From Desulfocapsa sp. (GTDB lineage: Bacteria; Desulfobacterota; Desulfobulbia; Desulfobulbales; Desulfocapsaceae), in the NCBI GenBank assembly GCA_013792135.1, contig VMSP01000124.1, forward strand, positions 16,480-80,479: 64,000 nucleotides of DNA, given 5' to 3'. The number at the start of each line of letters is the position of its first letter. Position 1 is the first letter of the stretch. Made by a program: the position numbers and the translations under genes. Shown piece after piece: positions 45,953 to 55,931 of the stretch. The notes below the pieces were generated by a model. That model was not told where the DNA came from. It ran no database searches and worked only from the letters and a program-made list of their open reading frames with translations.

Positions 45953-47878
45953 TTATGGTTTTTGCAGCGGTTGCCAAGATTGTTGGGCATCTTGATGAAA
46001 ATGTCGGTGGATATCCCGTGCCAGTTCCGGGCCGATTCCTTGAACTCCGGCCAGCTCTTCTTCAGAGGCCAGTTTGATTTGTTTAAGGCTTCCGAGGGTC
46101 TTGAGCAGGGTTTGTTTTTTTTTGGGCCCAATACCGTTAATGGTGTCAAGTTCAGAGGCCAGAGTCGATTTATTGCGCAGCTTGCGGTGAAAGGTTACCC
46201 CGTAGCGATGTGATTCATCCCGTATCCGCATGAGATAGAGTAACACTGGATTGTGGGCCGGCAAGATAATGGGATTTTTGCGGCCAGGTTTATACAACTT
46301 TTCCCCTTCAGCCTCTTTTTCCTTGGCAATCCCGAGCCAGTCGATGTCCTGGGCGTCTTCAACTCCTAGTTCGCGGGCCACGCGCATGGCGATTCCCAAC
46401 TGGCCTCGTCCGCCATCCACCATCAGAAGATCAGGCAGGTCATTTTCCGCGAGCCCACGTCTAAGCCTTCGTTGCAGCACTTCTTCCATCATTGCGTAAT
46501 CATCGGGTCCATCAACGGTACGGATCTTGTAGTGCCGGAAATGACGCCTGTCTGGTTCCCCCTGTTTAAAGCAGACCAGTGAGCCTACTGCCTGCTGACC
46601 GGAGGTGTTGGAGATATCCAGACATTCAATAGTCTCAGGGGGGCGACTCAGGTGCAAGCTTTTAACCAAGGCGTTCGCGAGTGACTGCCAAGATTGATCT
46701 TTTTTGTCACGTTCGGCAAAAACCTGCTCGGCATTTGCATTGGCCATGGTGATGAGCTGCAGGCGATCGCCGCGCTGTGGGATTTGGAGATGAACTAGCT
46801 CTCCACGCAAGTCGCTCAGACGCTCACTCAAAAGTTCTTTATCCTCGGGCTCACAGGGGAGGAGGATCTCTTGGGGTAGGTTGTCACCCTGGTCATAGTA
46901 CTGATTCAGAACCTGGGAGAGGATGCTCGCGTCATCGCCAATGGGGTCAGAGAGGAAAAATGTGCGGCTGCCGCTGATTGTCCCGTTTCTGACCAAGAGG
47001 ATAGCAAGGGCCAAAGATGCATCTTTTCTGGCCAGGCCAAAGATGTCCTGATCCCGGGAGTGTGCAGCTACGATTACCTGTTTTTCCAGGGTTCGGGACA
47101 GGGCCTGGATCTGGTCACGGATGAGGGCGGCCCGCTCAAATTCCAAGTCGTGTGCGGCCTCGGTCATCTGCTGGCCCATGGAAGTGATCAGCTCCCGGTT
47201 ATGACCTTCCAGTACCATGATGATCCTGGCCACCATCTTCTGATATTCGGCTCGTTCGGTCAGGCCCATGCAGGGGGCCAGGCAGTTGTGCATCTGTCCG
47301 TTGAGACAGGGCCGTGTCCTGGCTTGGACCTGACTGGTTTTGCATCTTCTCAATGGAAAAATTGAGGAGAGCAGTTTGAGGGTTGCCCACATGGCCGAAG
47401 AGGAGGAGTAGGGACCGAAATAGCGGGCACCGTCTTTTTTCCTCCGTCTGGTCATCAACACCCTCGGCCATTCTTCCTGGATCGTGACCTTGAGCAGTGG
47501 ATAATTCTTGTCATCACGGAGGACAATATTGTATCTGGGACGATGCTTTTTGATCAGCGAGGCCTCAAGGATGAGGGCCTCTTTTTCAGTTCGGGTGAGC
47601 AGAGTATCCACCTTGTGGACATGGGAGAGCATGACGGCCGTCTTGCCCTGTGTTGACTCAGCAAGCCGCGTGTAGGAGGCCAGCCGCTTGCGCAAATCCT
47701 TGGCCTTGCCAACGTAGATGACACCAGATTTTTTATCCAGCATCAGATAAACCCCTGGAGAATGGGGGATAGAGGCGAGAAGGTCGGGGGGGAACATTAT
47801 TTTATCAGATGCATCTGGAATTTTTATAAACGACTTTATGGCTAATGAAAATGGTGCGTAATTCTTTCCTCTAGTCAT
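45953..47878 (-). CDS. uvrC: Excinuclease ABC subunit C
   Basis: GIY-YIG motif PGVYLMLDKKSGVIYVGKAKDLRKRLASY. UvrBC-interaction region, endonuclease V-like domain and C-terminal (HhH)2 (GIGPKKKQTLLKTLGSL...GVQGIG). The start is ambiguous: 47896 (ORF maximum), 47878 (best RBS, AGGAAAG) or 47797. Confidence 0.95.
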   Translation of the reverse strand: MTRGKNYAPFSLAIKSFIKIPDASDKIMFPPDLLASIPHSPGVYLMLDKKSGVIYVGKAKDLRKRLASYTRLAESTQGKTAVMLSHVHKVDTLLTRTEKEALILEASLIKKHRPRYNIVLRDDKNYPLLKVTIQEEWPRVLMTRRRKKDGARYFGPYSSSSAMWATLKLLSSIFPLRRCKTSQVQARTRPCLNGQMHNCLAPCMGLTERAEYQKMVARIIMVLEGHNRELITSMGQQMTEAAHDLEFERAALIRDQIQALSRTLEKQVIVAAHSRDQDIFGLARKDASLALAILLVRNGTISGSRTFFLSDPIGDDASILSQVLNQYYDQGDNLPQEILLPCEPEDKELLSERLSDLRGELVHLQIPQRGDRLQLITMANANAEQVFAERDKKDQSWQSLANALVKSLHLSRPPETIECLDISNTSGQQAVGSLVCFKQGEPDRRHFRHYKIRTVDGPDDYAMMEEVLQRRLRRGLAENDLPDLLMVDGGRGQLGIAMRVARELGVEDAQDIDWLGIAKEKEAEGEKLYKPGRKNPIILPAHNPVLLYLMRIRDESHRYGVTFHRKLRNKSTLASELDTINGIGPKKKQTLLKTLGSLKQIKLASEEELAGVQGIGPELARDIHRHFHQDAQQSWQPLQKP

Positions 47879-48004
47879 GTATAGCTTTCCTGCCATTTGA
47901 TTGCAAGAATGGTCTTTCCTTTGCTTTACATTTTGCTGATCATTGGCTAAAGTGCTGTCGATTATTAAATGATATTTTCTAAAGGAATTCTTCCGGTGTC
48001 GTCC

Positions 48005-48200
48005 TGATTTTCAGGTCGGTGAAAAGGGAATACGGTGCAAAACCGTAACGTTGGGCCAACGCTGTGAGCGGGGACAAGGACTGCATGATGTCACTGTCTG
48101 TGATCCGGGTAACCGGATGATGGGTGGGAAGGCGTGGTCTGAGGCTGATCCGTGAGTCAGAAGACCTGCCGGAAGAAAAAAGGAATTCTTGTCCATGGAA
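48005..48200 (+). promoter_or_regulatory. Cobalamin (B12) riboswitch aptamer
   Basis: ggtgaaaagggaatacggtgcaaaaccgtaacgttgggccaacgctgtgagcgg matches the conserved GGTG.AA.GGGAA...GGTG.AAA.CC....C.G.CC.....CTGT core. B12-box-like gtcactg. 3' element gagtcagaagacctgcc (canonical AGCCAGGAGACCTGCC). P1 pairing caggtc (48012-17) / gacctg (48164-69). Confidence 0.8.
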
Positions 48201-48253
48201 GTCCGTATTGCGCCCTGAGGGTTGATCCCTGAGGCGCGGTACGGACTTTTTTT
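48201..48253 (+). terminator. Riboswitch expression-platform terminator
   Basis: A 14-bp stem (gtccgtattgcgcc / ggcgcggtacggac, with two G-U pairs) plus an inner 4-bp stem, followed by T7 at 48247-48253. Confidence 0.8.
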
Positions 48254-48289
48254 ATGCTCGGACGAAAAATAAGAAAAGGAAGGTTGACC

Positions 48290-49618
48290 ATGAAGACACA
48301 GATAGAACTGGCACGCGAGGGCATCATTACCGAGGCGATGAAAAAAGTAGCCATGGATGAGGGCTTTGGCCTTGATCCGGAGACCATCCGTCAGCGGGTG
48401 GCGGATGGTCATATTGTCATTGCCGTCCATCCCAACCGGCCTTTACAGAAGGTGGTGGGGATCGGCAAGGGACTGCGGACCAAGGTGAATGCCTCCATCG
48501 GCACCTCCTCCGATATCTCGGATATTGAGCTGGAGGTACGCAAGGCCAAGGTGGCTGAGGCGGAACAGGCAGACACCCTTATGGAGCTTTCCACCGGCGG
48601 TGATCTTAATCTGGTGCGGCAGCGGGTCCTTGGAGCCTGTAACCTGCCTGTCGGCAATGTACCCCTCTATCAGGCTTTTTCCGAGGCCAGCCGCAAATAT
48701 CATAATCCCAATAAGCTGGATAGCGAGTATCTTTTTGAGCTGATAGAGCGGCAGCTATCAGACGGGATATCTTTTATGGCCATCCATTGCGGGATCAACC
48801 GTTTTTCCATCGAGCGGTTGCGCAAGCAGGGCTATCGTTATGGTGGCTTGGTCTCTAAGGGTGGAACATTTATGGTCTCGTGGATGGAGTATAATAACCG
48901 GGAAAATCCCCTCTATGAGCAGTTTGATCGGGTATGCTCCCTCATGAAAAAGTATGACGCGGTTCTCTCGCTTGGTAACGGGATCAGGGCCGGGGCCATT
49001 CATGACAGCCATGACCGGGCCCAGATGGCAGAGATGGTGATCAACTGCGAACTGGCTGAGATCGGCCGTGACATGGGCTGTCAGATGATGGTGGAGGGAC
49101 CTGGCCATGTGCCCCTCGATGAGATTGAAGGTAATATTATGCTGGAAAAACGGATGAGCGGTGGCGCACCATACTATGTGCTCGGACCACTTCCCGCTGA
49201 TTCAGGAGCTGGCTATGATCACATCACTGCAGCCATCGGTGCGGCTAGCTCGGCCCGTTTTGGTGCCGATCTTATCTGCTATATAACGCCAGCCGAACAT
49301 CTGGCCCTGCCCAATGAAGATGATGTTCGGGAGGGGGTTCGGGCTACGAGACTGGCCGCCAGGATTGGCGATATTGCAAAGTATCCGGACCGTCGTGAAC
49401 AGGAAAAAAAGGTCGCCCTTTCCCGGCGTGATACCAACTGGAAGGAACATTTTCCCTTACTGATGTTTCCCGACAAGGCCCAGGAGGTGAGAGATAGTCG
49501 TACCCCAGAAAATATTGGCACCTGCACCATGTGCGGTGATTTTTGTGCCATGGAACGGGGACTTTCTCTTTTTCAGGATGATATCAAGGGGGATAAGAAG
49601 ACGTTAGGCTGCAGATAA
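48290..49618 (+). CDS. bzaF: ThiC-family radical SAM enzyme; context suggests 5-hydroxybenzimidazole synthase BzaF rather than HMP-P synthase ThiC
   Basis: Start ATG at 48290 with RBS AAAGGAAGG; the ORF-track ATG at 48254 lies inside the terminator tail. ThiC-family blocks: GIGKGLRTKVNASIGTSSD, MELSTGGD, VEGPGHVPLDEIE, GYDHITAAIG, CYITPAEHL, C-terminal CTMCGDFCA. It is preceded by a cobalamin riboswitch, not a TPP riboswitch. Confidence 0.85.
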   Translation: MKTQIELAREGIITEAMKKVAMDEGFGLDPETIRQRVADGHIVIAVHPNRPLQKVVGIGKGLRTKVNASIGTSSDISDIELEVRKAKVAEAEQADTLMELSTGGDLNLVRQRVLGACNLPVGNVPLYQAFSEASRKYHNPNKLDSEYLFELIERQLSDGISFMAIHCGINRFSIERLRKQGYRYGGLVSKGGTFMVSWMEYNNRENPLYEQFDRVCSLMKKYDAVLSLGNGIRAGAIHDSHDRAQMAEMVINCELAEIGRDMGCQMMVEGPGHVPLDEIEGNIMLEKRMSGGAPYYVLGPLPADSGAGYDHITAAIGAASSARFGADLICYITPAEHLALPNEDDVREGVRATRLAARIGDIAKYPDRREQEKKVALSRRDTNWKEHFPLLMFPDKAQEVRDSRTPENIGTCTMCGDFCAMERGLSLFQDDIKGDKKTLGCR

Positions 49619-49688
49619 CAGGAGTCATTGGGGGTGAGGGCGATGCTTCATTGAGCAGTCCTCTTCTTGACCTCAAGGTGTTTTTTGT

Positions 49689-51302
49689 TTAGTGCAGAGC
49701 TGCCTCGAACAATCTCCGGGTGTAGGCATGTTTGGGGGCGGCAAAGACCTCCCGGGCCGGTCCTGCCTCAACAATGCGGCCATGCTGCATCACTGCCACC
49801 TGATCAGCCATGGCCCGGATCACTCGTAGGTCATGAGAGATAAAGAGGTAGGTCATTCCGTAACGTTGCTGCAGATCCAGGAGCAGGTCGATGATCTGCT
49901 TCTGGATGGTCATGTCAAGTGCCGAGGTCGGCTCATCAAGGATCAGGAGCCGGGGTTTCAAGACGATGGCGCGGGCAATGGCGATGCGCTGACGTTGACC
50001 GCCGGAAAATTCGTGGGGATAGCGATAGGCCATCTCCGGACTGAGTCCTACCTCCGTTAGGGTCTCGGCAACGATTTCATGGCGTTGATGCGCGGTACCG
50101 CCCATATTGTGCACCCGCATTCCTTCTTCCACAATCTGCTCCACGGTCATCCGGGGGGAGAGTGAGGAAAAGGGGTCCTGAAATACCACCTGGAGTTCGC
50201 GGCGGAGGGGACGCATCTGGCGGCTTGTGAGCTGTTGCAGATCCCGGCCGTCAAAGTTAATCGTTCCATGGCTTTTGGTCAGCTTGAGAATAGCCATGCC
50301 GAGTGTAGTTTTCCCCGATCCTGATTCACCCACTACCCCGCAGGTTGTACCCTGATTGAGTGTCAGGTTGACATTGTCAACAGCCTTGATAGTCTTGATC
50401 TTCCTCTTGAAAAAAGTACTCCAGCCATCCTTGAGATGAAAATGGCAATCGAGGCCCTTGAGGCTGAGCAGGGGGTTTTGCCCTTGATTCTCATCAGGGT
50501 TACCCTGGGGAATTGATTGCAAGAGGTGGATGGTGTATGGGTGTTGCGGCTTGTCCAATAGACCTTTAGTCGACCCATGTTCGACAATCCTCCCTTCTTG
50601 CATGATATGGACATGATCCGCAATCTGTCTTACCATGGCCAGGTCGTGGGTGATCAGGAGCAGTGCCATTTTAAACTCATCCTGCAGATCACGGATCAGG
50701 TCAAGGATCTGGGCCTGGATGGTCACATCGAGTGCGGTTGTCGGTTCATCGGCAATGAGCAGGGAGGGGCGGCAGGCAAGGGCCATGGCGATCATCACCC
50801 GTTGCCGCTGTCCGCCGGAAAGCTGATGGGGATAGGTGTGAAGGCGGGCTGCCGGAGTGTCGATACCGGTACGGTCAAGGAGGCGGACAGCTTCCTTCTC
50901 TGCCTCTTTCTTGGTCAGGGATCGGTGCAGAAGCAGGGGCTCAATAAGCTGGTTACCAATGGTGTATACCGGATTGAGCGAGGTCATCGGTTCCTGAAAT
51001 ATCATGGCGATACGATTGCCACGAATGGCCCGTAACTGTCGGTCATCCAAGGTCAGAATATTCTTTCCCTCGAAATTTATCTGACCTGAGCTGTGCACTT
51101 GGCTCCCCTCTTCAAGCAACCGCAGAATCGAGAGGGCGGTTACCGATTTACCCGATCCTGATTCCCCGACCAAGGCCACGGTTTCCCCCTGGTCAACTGA
51201 AAGGGACACGTCATACAGAACCTGATTTACCTCGGGTTGCTGTCGGCCGGTGTCAAGAGTAAAGCTTACATTAAGTTTGTCAATTTCAAGGAGCATGATC
51301 AA
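49689..51302 (-). CDS. ABC transporter ATP-binding protein with two fused ATPase domains (peptide/nickel type, YejF-like)
   Basis: Two Walker A motifs (GESGSGKS twice), two LSGGQRQR signatures, two Walker B motifs ([16 protein letters not shown]). Confidence 0.93.
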   Translation of the reverse strand: MIMLLEIDKLNVSFTLDTGRQQPEVNQVLYDVSLSVDQGETVALVGESGSGKSVTALSILRLLEEGSQVHSSGQINFEGKNILTLDDRQLRAIRGNRIAMIFQEPMTSLNPVYTIGNQLIEPLLLHRSLTKKEAEKEAVRLLDRTGIDTPAARLHTYPHQLSGGQRQRVMIAMALACRPSLLIADEPTTALDVTIQAQILDLIRDLQDEFKMALLLITHDLAMVRQIADHVHIMQEGRIVEHGSTKGLLDKPQHPYTIHLLQSIPQGNPDENQGQNPLLSLKGLDCHFHLKDGWSTFFKRKIKTIKAVDNVNLTLNQGTTCGVVGESGSGKTTLGMAILKLTKSHGTINFDGRDLQQLTSRQMRPLRRELQVVFQDPFSSLSPRMTVEQIVEEGMRVHNMGGTAHQRHEIVAETLTEVGLSPEMAYRYPHEFSGGQRQRIAIARAIVLKPRLLILDEPTSALDMTIQKQIIDLLLDLQQRYGMTYLFISHDLRVIRAMADQVAVMQHGRIVEAGPAREVFAAPKHAYTRRLFEAALH

Positions 51303-51307
51303 TGCAG

Positions 51308-53281
51308 TTAGTTTGTAGTGGTGGGGATTGCGCTGGTGATGACTTTGATTAATTCATCAATCTTGAAAGGCTTGGAAAGAACGGCGCAAAAGCCATATTC
51401 CTGGTAGCTTGCCATAATGGGATCGTTGGCGTATCCACTGGAGACAACGGCCTTAGCTGTGTGATCGAGAGGGAGTAAGGCGGCAATAGCCTCCTTGCCA
51501 CCCATTCCTCCTGGTATGGTAAGATCCATAATAACAAGATCAAAAGGGACGCCTTCATTTTTTGCCTGAATGTAAAGCGCGATTGCCTCCTTTCCATCAC
51601 AAGCCTGATCTACACTGCATCCGATAAAATTGAGCATTGCCGTCATAATTTCTCGAACGGTTATGTCGTCATCCATGATCAGTATTTTGTGAGCTGCAAT
51701 TTTTGTGAATTCATCCTGTTTTCCGGGTTGATTTGTGTTTTTATTCAGGGTTGCCGGAAGGAGAATGGAAAAAATAGTGCCCTGTCCCAGTTTGGAACTC
51801 ACAGTAATCATTCCATCATGGTTTTTGATGATGGAATAGGAAATGGCCAGTCCCAAGCCAGACCCTGTGCTTTTACTGGAAAAGTAAGGATCAAAGATCC
51901 TGGAGATGTGTTCCGGGGGAATCCCTGTGCCGGTGTCTTGAAAAAGGAGTTCTATGTACTTGCCTGGTGGCAGGGTTGGATGCTCATCCAGAGAAAGAGT
52001 TTTGTTAGTTCCCTGAATTGTTATGGTGCCGCCTTTTGGCATAGCCTGACTGGCGTTGATGACCAGATTCTGGCTAACCTGACTCAATTGTCCTTCGTCA
52101 GCTTCAATGTCCCAGAGACTTTCATCGAAATGGTAATCGCATTTGACTTTTGATCCTCTGAGGACAAAACTGGTGGCATCCTTGATCAGTTCCGTGATTG
52201 TGGTGACAGTTTTGATGGGTGCGCCACCTTTGGAAAAGGTGAGTAACTGTTTGGTCAGGCCCTGGGCCCTGATGGAAGCTTTTTCTGTATTATCCAGATA
52301 TCCGCTAATAATATCATGCGGATTGGTATACATCTTGGCCAAAGAGATATTGCCAATGATCGCGGTGAGCAGGTTGTTGAAATCGTGGGCAATACCACCA
52401 GCCAAAACTCCGAGTGATTCCAACTTCTGGGCCTTGATCAGCTCTTCAACCATATGCCTTTTTTCGGTGACATCATTAAAGATACATTGGGTGGAGACGG
52501 GCTTTCCGTCCTCAAATTTACAGATGGCATTGCCTTCAATGATGACCTGCCTGCCGTCTTTGGTGGTAAAAACCGTGTCGAGATGATGAAGTTTTGGTTC
52601 GCTGATGATCTGTTGAAAGGTGGCTTGACAATGCCCCTGACAGTCAGTGGAGATCAGATCAAAAATGGAAAGGGTGGAAATCTCCTCTTCGCTGTAGCCG
52701 AATGTCTCCCGCCAAGCCCGGTTCACATACTTGAAATTGCCGTTAGGCATGACGATCTGGATCAGGTCGGAGGAGTTTTCAAAGAGATTTTTGTATTTTA
52801 TTTCACTCTCCCTCCGAGCCAGTTCGCTACGGGTCAGATCGCTCATGTCTCGGAAAATACCGGTCATGAAGAGTGGCTTACCATTTTCAAAATGAGTGGA
52901 ACAACGACCTTCCACGATCACTCTGTCGCCATTTTTGGCAATAAAGGTGGTGGCGTTGCGGTCAATCTTTTCGCCTTTCATCAGGTTTTTGAAGATAAGG
53001 GCGCATTCCCCCTTGCATTTATTATCGACAATATCTATGAGTGACAAATTTCGAATATCTTCTTCCGTGTAGCCGAGTGTGTCGCGCCAGGCCTGATTGG
53101 TATAGAGAAAGGCCCCATCTGGAGTCACGCTGTGGATAAGGTCACTGGCGCTGTCAATGAGTAAGCGGTATTGATCCAGTTCTGCACTGAGTTTCTCACT
53201 TTTTTGGACGAGCCCGTGATTTTCCATCTCCAGTTCTTTAACCTTGAGCAGGAGTGCTTCTGTGGTCAGGTTGGCAGGCAT
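51308..53281 (-). CDS. Hybrid sensor histidine kinase (coiled coil, 2 x PAS, HisKA, HATPase_c, REC)
   Basis: Two PAS units (NQAWRDTLGYTEEDI, NRAWRETFGYSEEEI). H-box GGIAHDFNNLLTAI. ATPase motifs DTGTGI and GSGLGLA. C-terminal receiver ILIMDDD...DLVIMDLTIPGGMGG. Confidence 0.92.
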   Translation of the reverse strand: MPANLTTEALLLKVKELEMENHGLVQKSEKLSAELDQYRLLIDSASDLIHSVTPDGAFLYTNQAWRDTLGYTEEDIRNLSLIDIVDNKCKGECALIFKNLMKGEKIDRNATTFIAKNGDRVIVEGRCSTHFENGKPLFMTGIFRDMSDLTRSELARRESEIKYKNLFENSSDLIQIVMPNGNFKYVNRAWRETFGYSEEEISTLSIFDLISTDCQGHCQATFQQIISEPKLHHLDTVFTTKDGRQVIIEGNAICKFEDGKPVSTQCIFNDVTEKRHMVEELIKAQKLESLGVLAGGIAHDFNNLLTAIIGNISLAKMYTNPHDIISGYLDNTEKASIRAQGLTKQLLTFSKGGAPIKTVTTITELIKDATSFVLRGSKVKCDYHFDESLWDIEADEGQLSQVSQNLVINASQAMPKGGTITIQGTNKTLSLDEHPTLPPGKYIELLFQDTGTGIPPEHISRIFDPYFSSKSTGSGLGLAISYSIIKNHDGMITVSSKLGQGTIFSILLPATLNKNTNQPGKQDEFTKIAAHKILIMDDDITVREIMTAMLNFIGCSVDQACDGKEAIALYIQAKNEGVPFDLVIMDLTIPGGMGGKEAIAALLPLDHTAKAVVSSGYANDPIMASYQEYGFCAVLSKPFKIDELIKVITSAIPTTTN

Positions 53282-53418
53282 CTGTTAACGCTCCTCTGTT
53301 GTCAAATCACTCATTGGAAGAGTTGTGAAAAAGGTTGACACCGGTTTTGGGTCGACTATTCTTGAGATTATTCAGGCTATCAGGCAGTTCCTAACCTTTT
53401 ATGATCAAATAAACTCAC

Positions 53419-54300
53419 TTGTATCCAGAATATCCTTTTCCTTCGCATTTTGCCACCATTGATGGTCACCTCCTTCATTATATTGACGAAGGGGCTGGAC
53501 GGGTCATTGTCATGGTTCATGGCAACCCCACCTGGTCTTATTATTATAGGCATCTTATTGCTCTGCTCTCCAAGACGTATCGGGTGATTGCCATTGATCA
53601 TCTTGGCTGCGGACTTTCCGATAAGCCGCAGAAGTATCCATATCAATTAAAAAATCATATAGATAATCTGCAGGCCCTGTTGCGTCAACTCCGGATCAAT
53701 TCCTATTCCCTGATTGTCCATGACTGGGGTGGGGCCATTGGTTTGGGTGTGGCGGGTAGGTATCCTGCCGCCATTGAAAAGCTGGTGATCCTCAATACCG
53801 CCGCCTTTCACTCACAACGGATTCCATGGCGTATCCGCCTCTGTCGCTGGCCGTTTATCGGTAGCCTTTTGGTGCGCGGGCTGAATGGATTTGCCGGTCC
53901 CGCGGTCTTTATGGCTGTGACCCGCCGCCTGCGTCCGGATGTGGCCAGAGCCTATCTGGCACCCTATGATTCCTGGCAGAATCGGGTGGCCGTCTATGGT
54001 TTCGTCCGGGATATCCCCCTTACCACTGCACATCCTTCGTATGCTACTCTGCAAAAGGTTGAGGAGGGACTACAGGCTCTGGCTGCAAGAGATGTCCCGG
54101 TATGTATTTGCTGGGGAGGCATGGATTTTTGTTTTAATGATCACTTCTATGAGGAGTGGCGCCGACGTTTCCCACGGGCTGAGTGTCATTATTTCAAGGA
54201 CGCCGGTCATTATGTGCTGGAGGATGCGCTGTCCGAGATCAAGCCACTGTTGGTGAATTTTTTTGCTGACAGCAGTTCAGTGTCAGGAAATGGTGGGTGA
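53419..54300 (+). CDS. oleB: Alpha/beta hydrolase of the haloalkane-dehalogenase-like OleB type (beta-lactone decarboxylase)
   Basis: HYIDEGAGRVIVMVHGNPTWSYYYRHLI...AIDHLGCGLSDKP...LIVHDWGG. TTG start with an in-frame stop two codons upstream. GTGA overlap with the next gene. Assignment relies on context with oleC/oleD. Confidence 0.75.
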   Translation: MYPEYPFPSHFATIDGHLLHYIDEGAGRVIVMVHGNPTWSYYYRHLIALLSKTYRVIAIDHLGCGLSDKPQKYPYQLKNHIDNLQALLRQLRINSYSLIVHDWGGAIGLGVAGRYPAAIEKLVILNTAAFHSQRIPWRIRLCRWPFIGSLLVRGLNGFAGPAVFMAVTRRLRPDVARAYLAPYDSWQNRVAVYGFVRDIPLTTAHPSYATLQKVEEGLQALAARDVPVCICWGGMDFCFNDHFYEEWRRRFPRAECHYFKDAGHYVLEDALSEIKPLLVNFFADSSSVSGNGG

Positions 54301-55931
54301 ATGTGAATATCGGCGAGCTTCTGGCTGAGCGGGCGCACGACCAGGCCGATGAGATCGGTCTGGTAGAGGCGGCCACGGGCAAGACTCTGAGCTTTCATGA
54401 ACTCAATGGTCGGGCTGATGCCCTTGCCTTCTATCTGCAGGCAAAAGGAGTGATGGCAGGCGAGCGGGTGATGCTCATGGTCAAGCCCTCTGCTGATTTT
54501 ATCTGTCTGACCTTTGCCTTGTTCAAGCTGGGGGCAGTGGTCATTCTCATTGATCCGGGCATGGGATACAGGAATCTGCTACGTTGTATTGCCGGGGTGC
54601 AGCCGCAGGTCTTTATCGGCATTCCAGTGGCCCATCTGTTTCGTAAGCTCTTTCGTGCTCCCTTTCGTTCTGTCAGGTCTTCCTTCTGCTGTGGCTCCTC
54701 TTGGGGGCTCTTAGGTCCGGACATATGCAAAGAGGCAGGAATATCCTCTCAACCATTCCCCGTTTATCCGGCTCGGCCTGATGAACTGGCCGCCATTATC
54801 TTCACCACCGGTTCTACTGGCCCACCTAAGGGTGTGCGTTACGAGCATGGAGTTTTTAATGCCCAGCTAAGGTTGATTCGAGATTATTATCATATTGGTC
54901 CGGGTCAGATTGATCAGCCTGGATTTCCGCTCTTTGCCCTGTTTTCAACGGCCCTCGGGGCCAGGGCTGTTATCCCTGATATGGATCCGACCAGACCTGC
55001 CATGGTTGATCCGCGAAAATTTGTCCGCTCTCTGCGTGAGCAGCAGGTGACCTATTCCTTTGGCTCACCTGCCATCTGGAATGTGGTCAGCCGCTATTGT
55101 CAGGAGCAGGGGATTGTCCTCGAGAGTTTGCAGCAGGTACTCATGGCCGGGGCTCCTATTCCTGGCGACCTGATAACTCGAATGCAGGCTGTTTTACCAA
55201 TTGGGGCCAGGATTCATACCCCCTATGGTGCCACCGAGAGCCTTCCCATCGTCTCCATGGAGGGAAAAGAGATCGTTGAGTCGACTTGGCCTCTTAGTCG
55301 CAAGGGTAATGGAATCTGTGTGGGGAGACCACTGCCGGGAATTGAAATTCGGGTGATTGCCCTCTCTGATGTCCCTATTCCTTTCTGGGACGATGCTGTT
55401 TGCCTGCCTGATGGTGAAATCGGTGAAATCGTGGTGCGTGGTGATGTGGTGACACGGGCCTATGAAAATAATACCGAAGAAAACAGGCTGGCAAAGATCA
55501 AGGACAATGCTTCCTTCTGGCACCGGATGGGGGATCTTGGATATCTTGATCAGCAGGGCCGTCTTTGGTTCTGCGGCAGACGTGCTCATCGCGTAAGGAC
55601 TATAGCCGGAACCCTATTTACCATCCCCTGCGAGGCTATTATCAATGAGCATCCAGATGTTTCAAGATCAGCCCTGGTCGGGATTCCTGATCCTCTTCAT
55701 CCTGGTTGGCAGCTCCCGGTCATGATTGTTGAAACTGTCAAGACCAGGAAAATAAACAGAGATAGGCTGCTTGCAGAGGTGAGGAAGCTGGCAGCAGACT
55801 CTGCCTTGACAGATTCCATCCAGCTCATTTTGACCCATCCTGATTTCCCAGTAGATATCCGTCACAATGCCAAGATATTCCGTGAGAAATTGAGTGACTG
55901 GGCACAGAAAAAGATAGAGGGCGGTGCATGA
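54297..55931 (+). CDS. oleC: AMP-dependent synthetase family, OleC-type olefin beta-lactone synthetase
   Basis: IIFTTGSTGPPKGV adenylation motif. Blocks recalled as OleC-typical: FALFKLGAVVILIDPG, VIPDMDPTRPA, TPYGATE, HRMGDLGYLDQQGRLWFCGR, HPDFPVDIRHNAKIFREKL. Confidence 0.85.
   Translation: MNVNIGELLAERAHDQADEIGLVEAATGKTLSFHELNGRADALAFYLQAKGVMAGERVMLMVKPSADFICLTFALFKLGAVVILIDPGMGYRNLLRCIAGVQPQVFIGIPVAHLFRKLFRAPFRSVRSSFCCGSSWGLLGPDICKEAGISSQPFPVYPARPDELAAIIFTTGSTGPPKGVRYEHGVFNAQLRLIRDYYHIGPGQIDQPGFPLFALFSTALGARAVIPDMDPTRPAMVDPRKFVRSLREQQVTYSFGSPAIWNVVSRYCQEQGIVLESLQQVLMAGAPIPGDLITRMQAVLPIGARIHTPYGATESLPIVSMEGKEIVESTWPLSRKGNGICVGRPLPGIEIRVIALSDVPIPFWDDAVCLPDGEIGEIVVRGDVVTRAYENNTEENRLAKIKDNASFWHRMGDLGYLDQQGRLWFCGRRAHRVRTIAGTLFTIPCEAIINEHPDVSRSALVGIPDPLHPGWQLPVMIVETVKTRKINRDRLLAEVRKLAADSALTDSIQLILTHPDFPVDIRHNAKIFREKLSDWAQKKIEGGA

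Noticed and set aside
48005-48253. Expectation that the leader of a thiC-like gene is a TPP riboswitch
   Set aside because: I could not find the THI-box pattern (CUGAGA ... ACCUGAUCUGGAUAAUGCCAGCG). The sequence instead fits the cobalamin riboswitch core and 3' signature.
48011-48430. 139-aa minus-strand ORF upstream of the ThiC-family gene
   Set aside because: It overlaps the cobalamin riboswitch, its terminator and the 5' end of the plus-strand gene. Its composition is non-protein-like.
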